The notes under the pieces: generated by a model
Database searches by the model: none
What the model saw: the letters and a program-made list of their open reading frames with translations, nothing else
Told to the model about the DNA's origin: nothing
In this document: piece by piece, positions 62,805-64,000 of the stretch
Position numbering within the stretch: the first letter of the stretch is position 1
How the letters are laid out: each line of letters begins with the position of its first letter
Program-made: the position numbers and the translations under genes
From: Squalus acanthias
Taxonomy: Eukaryota
Length of the DNA stretch: 64,000 nt
Direction of reading: 5' to 3'
Assembly (NCBI GenBank): GCA_030390025.1
Contig: CM059432.1
Coordinates: 99,822,001 to 99,886,000 of the forward strand

Positions 62805-63715
62805 GGAGGGGGGATGCGGGGGGGTAAGAGAGAGGATCGAAAGGGGAGAGAGAGGGGGAATCGGAGGGGGGAGAGAGGGGGTGAGAGAGGGAGGATTGGA
62901 GGGGGAAAGAGAGAGGAGATCAGAGGGGGGCAAGAGGAAGGGAGAGAGAGGAGGGAGAGAGAGAGAGAGGAGGGAGAGAGAGAGAGAGGAAGAGAGAGAG
63001 AGGAAGAGAGAGAGAGGAAGAGAGAGAGAGAGGAAGAGAGAGAGGAGGAAGAGAGAGGAGGAAGAGAGAGGAGCAAGAGAGAGAGGAGGAAGAGAGAGAG
63101 GAGGAAGAGAGAGAGGAGGAAGAGAGGAGGAGAGAGAGAGGAGGAGAGAGAGAGGAGGAAGAGAGAGGAGGGAGAGAGAGGAGGGAGAGAGAGGAGGAGA
63201 GAGAGGGAGAGAGAGGAGGAGAGAGAGAGGAGGAGAGAGAGAGGATTGGAGGGGGAGAGAGAGAGGAGATCAAAGGGAGAGAGAGGAGGGGAGAGAGGAG
63301 GGGGAAAGAGAGACAGGGTGAGAGAGAGAGGAGGGAGAGAGAGAGAGGAGGGGGGCGAGAGAGAGGATTGGAGGGGGAGAGAAAGAGGAGATCAGAGGGG
63401 GGCGAGAGGAAGGGAGAGAGAGGAGGGGAGAGAGGAGGGGGAAAGAGAGACAGGGTGAGAGAGAGAGGAGGAGAGAGAGAGAGAGGGGGGGAGAGAGAAG
63501 AGGGGGACAGAGAGCAGAGGAGGGAGAGAGAGAGAGGAGCGGAAGAGAGAGGAGGGGAAAGAGAGGAGGGGGAGAGAGAGAGAGGAGGGGAGAGAGAGGA
63601 GGGGGAAAGAGAGGAGGGGCAGAGAGGAGGGGGAGAGAAAGGAGGGTGGAGAGGATCGAAGGGAGAGAGAGGATCGAAGGGGGAAGAGAGAGGATTGGAG
63701 CGGAGGGGAGGGGAG
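62805..63715 (+). repeat. Polypurine (GA-rich) compound tandem repeat
   Basis: Almost exclusively G/A. The unit gagaggattggaggggg...gaggagatcagaggggg recurs at ~62890, ~63240 and ~63362. Confidence 0.95.
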
Positions 63716-64000
63716 GTCATGAACTCGGGGGGAAGAGAATGTCAGGAACTCAGGGGGTAAAGAGCACGGAGAGCACAGTGGGGATGGGGGAAGAACATAA
63801 TCCAGCTCTAAAGGGGAGTGGAATGAGATGAGAATGTGATCCAGCTGATAAGATGGAGCACGTTCTTCCAACCCCATCCCCTTTACACCCGCATCATGTT
63901 CTTCCTCTCCTCTCCATAGACCTGGTTGATTTCTCAGAAAGCTTGGTGCGTGTGTGGCAAGTGACATCATTGACTGGACGAAACCCGGAAGTCATGTCAC

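Noticed and set aside
62641..63970. Long Arg/Glu/Gly- and Ser/Leu/Pro-rich ORFs (up to 266 aa)
   Set aside because: Artefacts of the stop-poor GA repeat.
1..64000. CRISPR arrays, prokaryotic operons or defence systems
   Set aside because: No repeat-spacer arrays or gene-dense segments. The content is vertebrate TE sequence.

Overview
This is a repeat-saturated eukaryotic window, not prokaryotic. It very probably comes from a cartilaginous fish (shark), inferred from HE1-type and Deu-domain (SacSINE1-like) SINEs and shark-type CR1 LINEs. Most of the sequence is nested mobile DNA. There are five two-gene-type PIF/Harbinger transposon copies (HARBI1-like DDE transposase, with a spliced Myb/SANT gene in four of them) and about ten Harbinger-type MITEs with 3-bp W-rich TSDs. 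Also present are CR1, RTE and L2 LINEs, three SINE families, hAT and Tigger-like MITEs, a solo LTR and a ~0.9 kb polypurine tract. The most notable structure is a Penelope-like retroelement (PLE) complex at 28308-31856: a 5'-inverted PLE that has itself been hit by a second, young PLE with an uninterrupted RT + GIY-YIG reading frame. Each insertion has its own exact 12-bp TSD, and the complex carries three minimal hammerhead ribozyme motifs. A separate family of very short (100-210 bp) hammerhead-remnant insertions, some forming hairpins, occurs several times. A few short, phase-compatible candidate host exons on the + strand suggest the window may be the intronic interior of a membrane-protein gene, but the gene was not identified. 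I cannot confirm a truly novel system from sequence alone. Family names come from motif recognition, not database searches.
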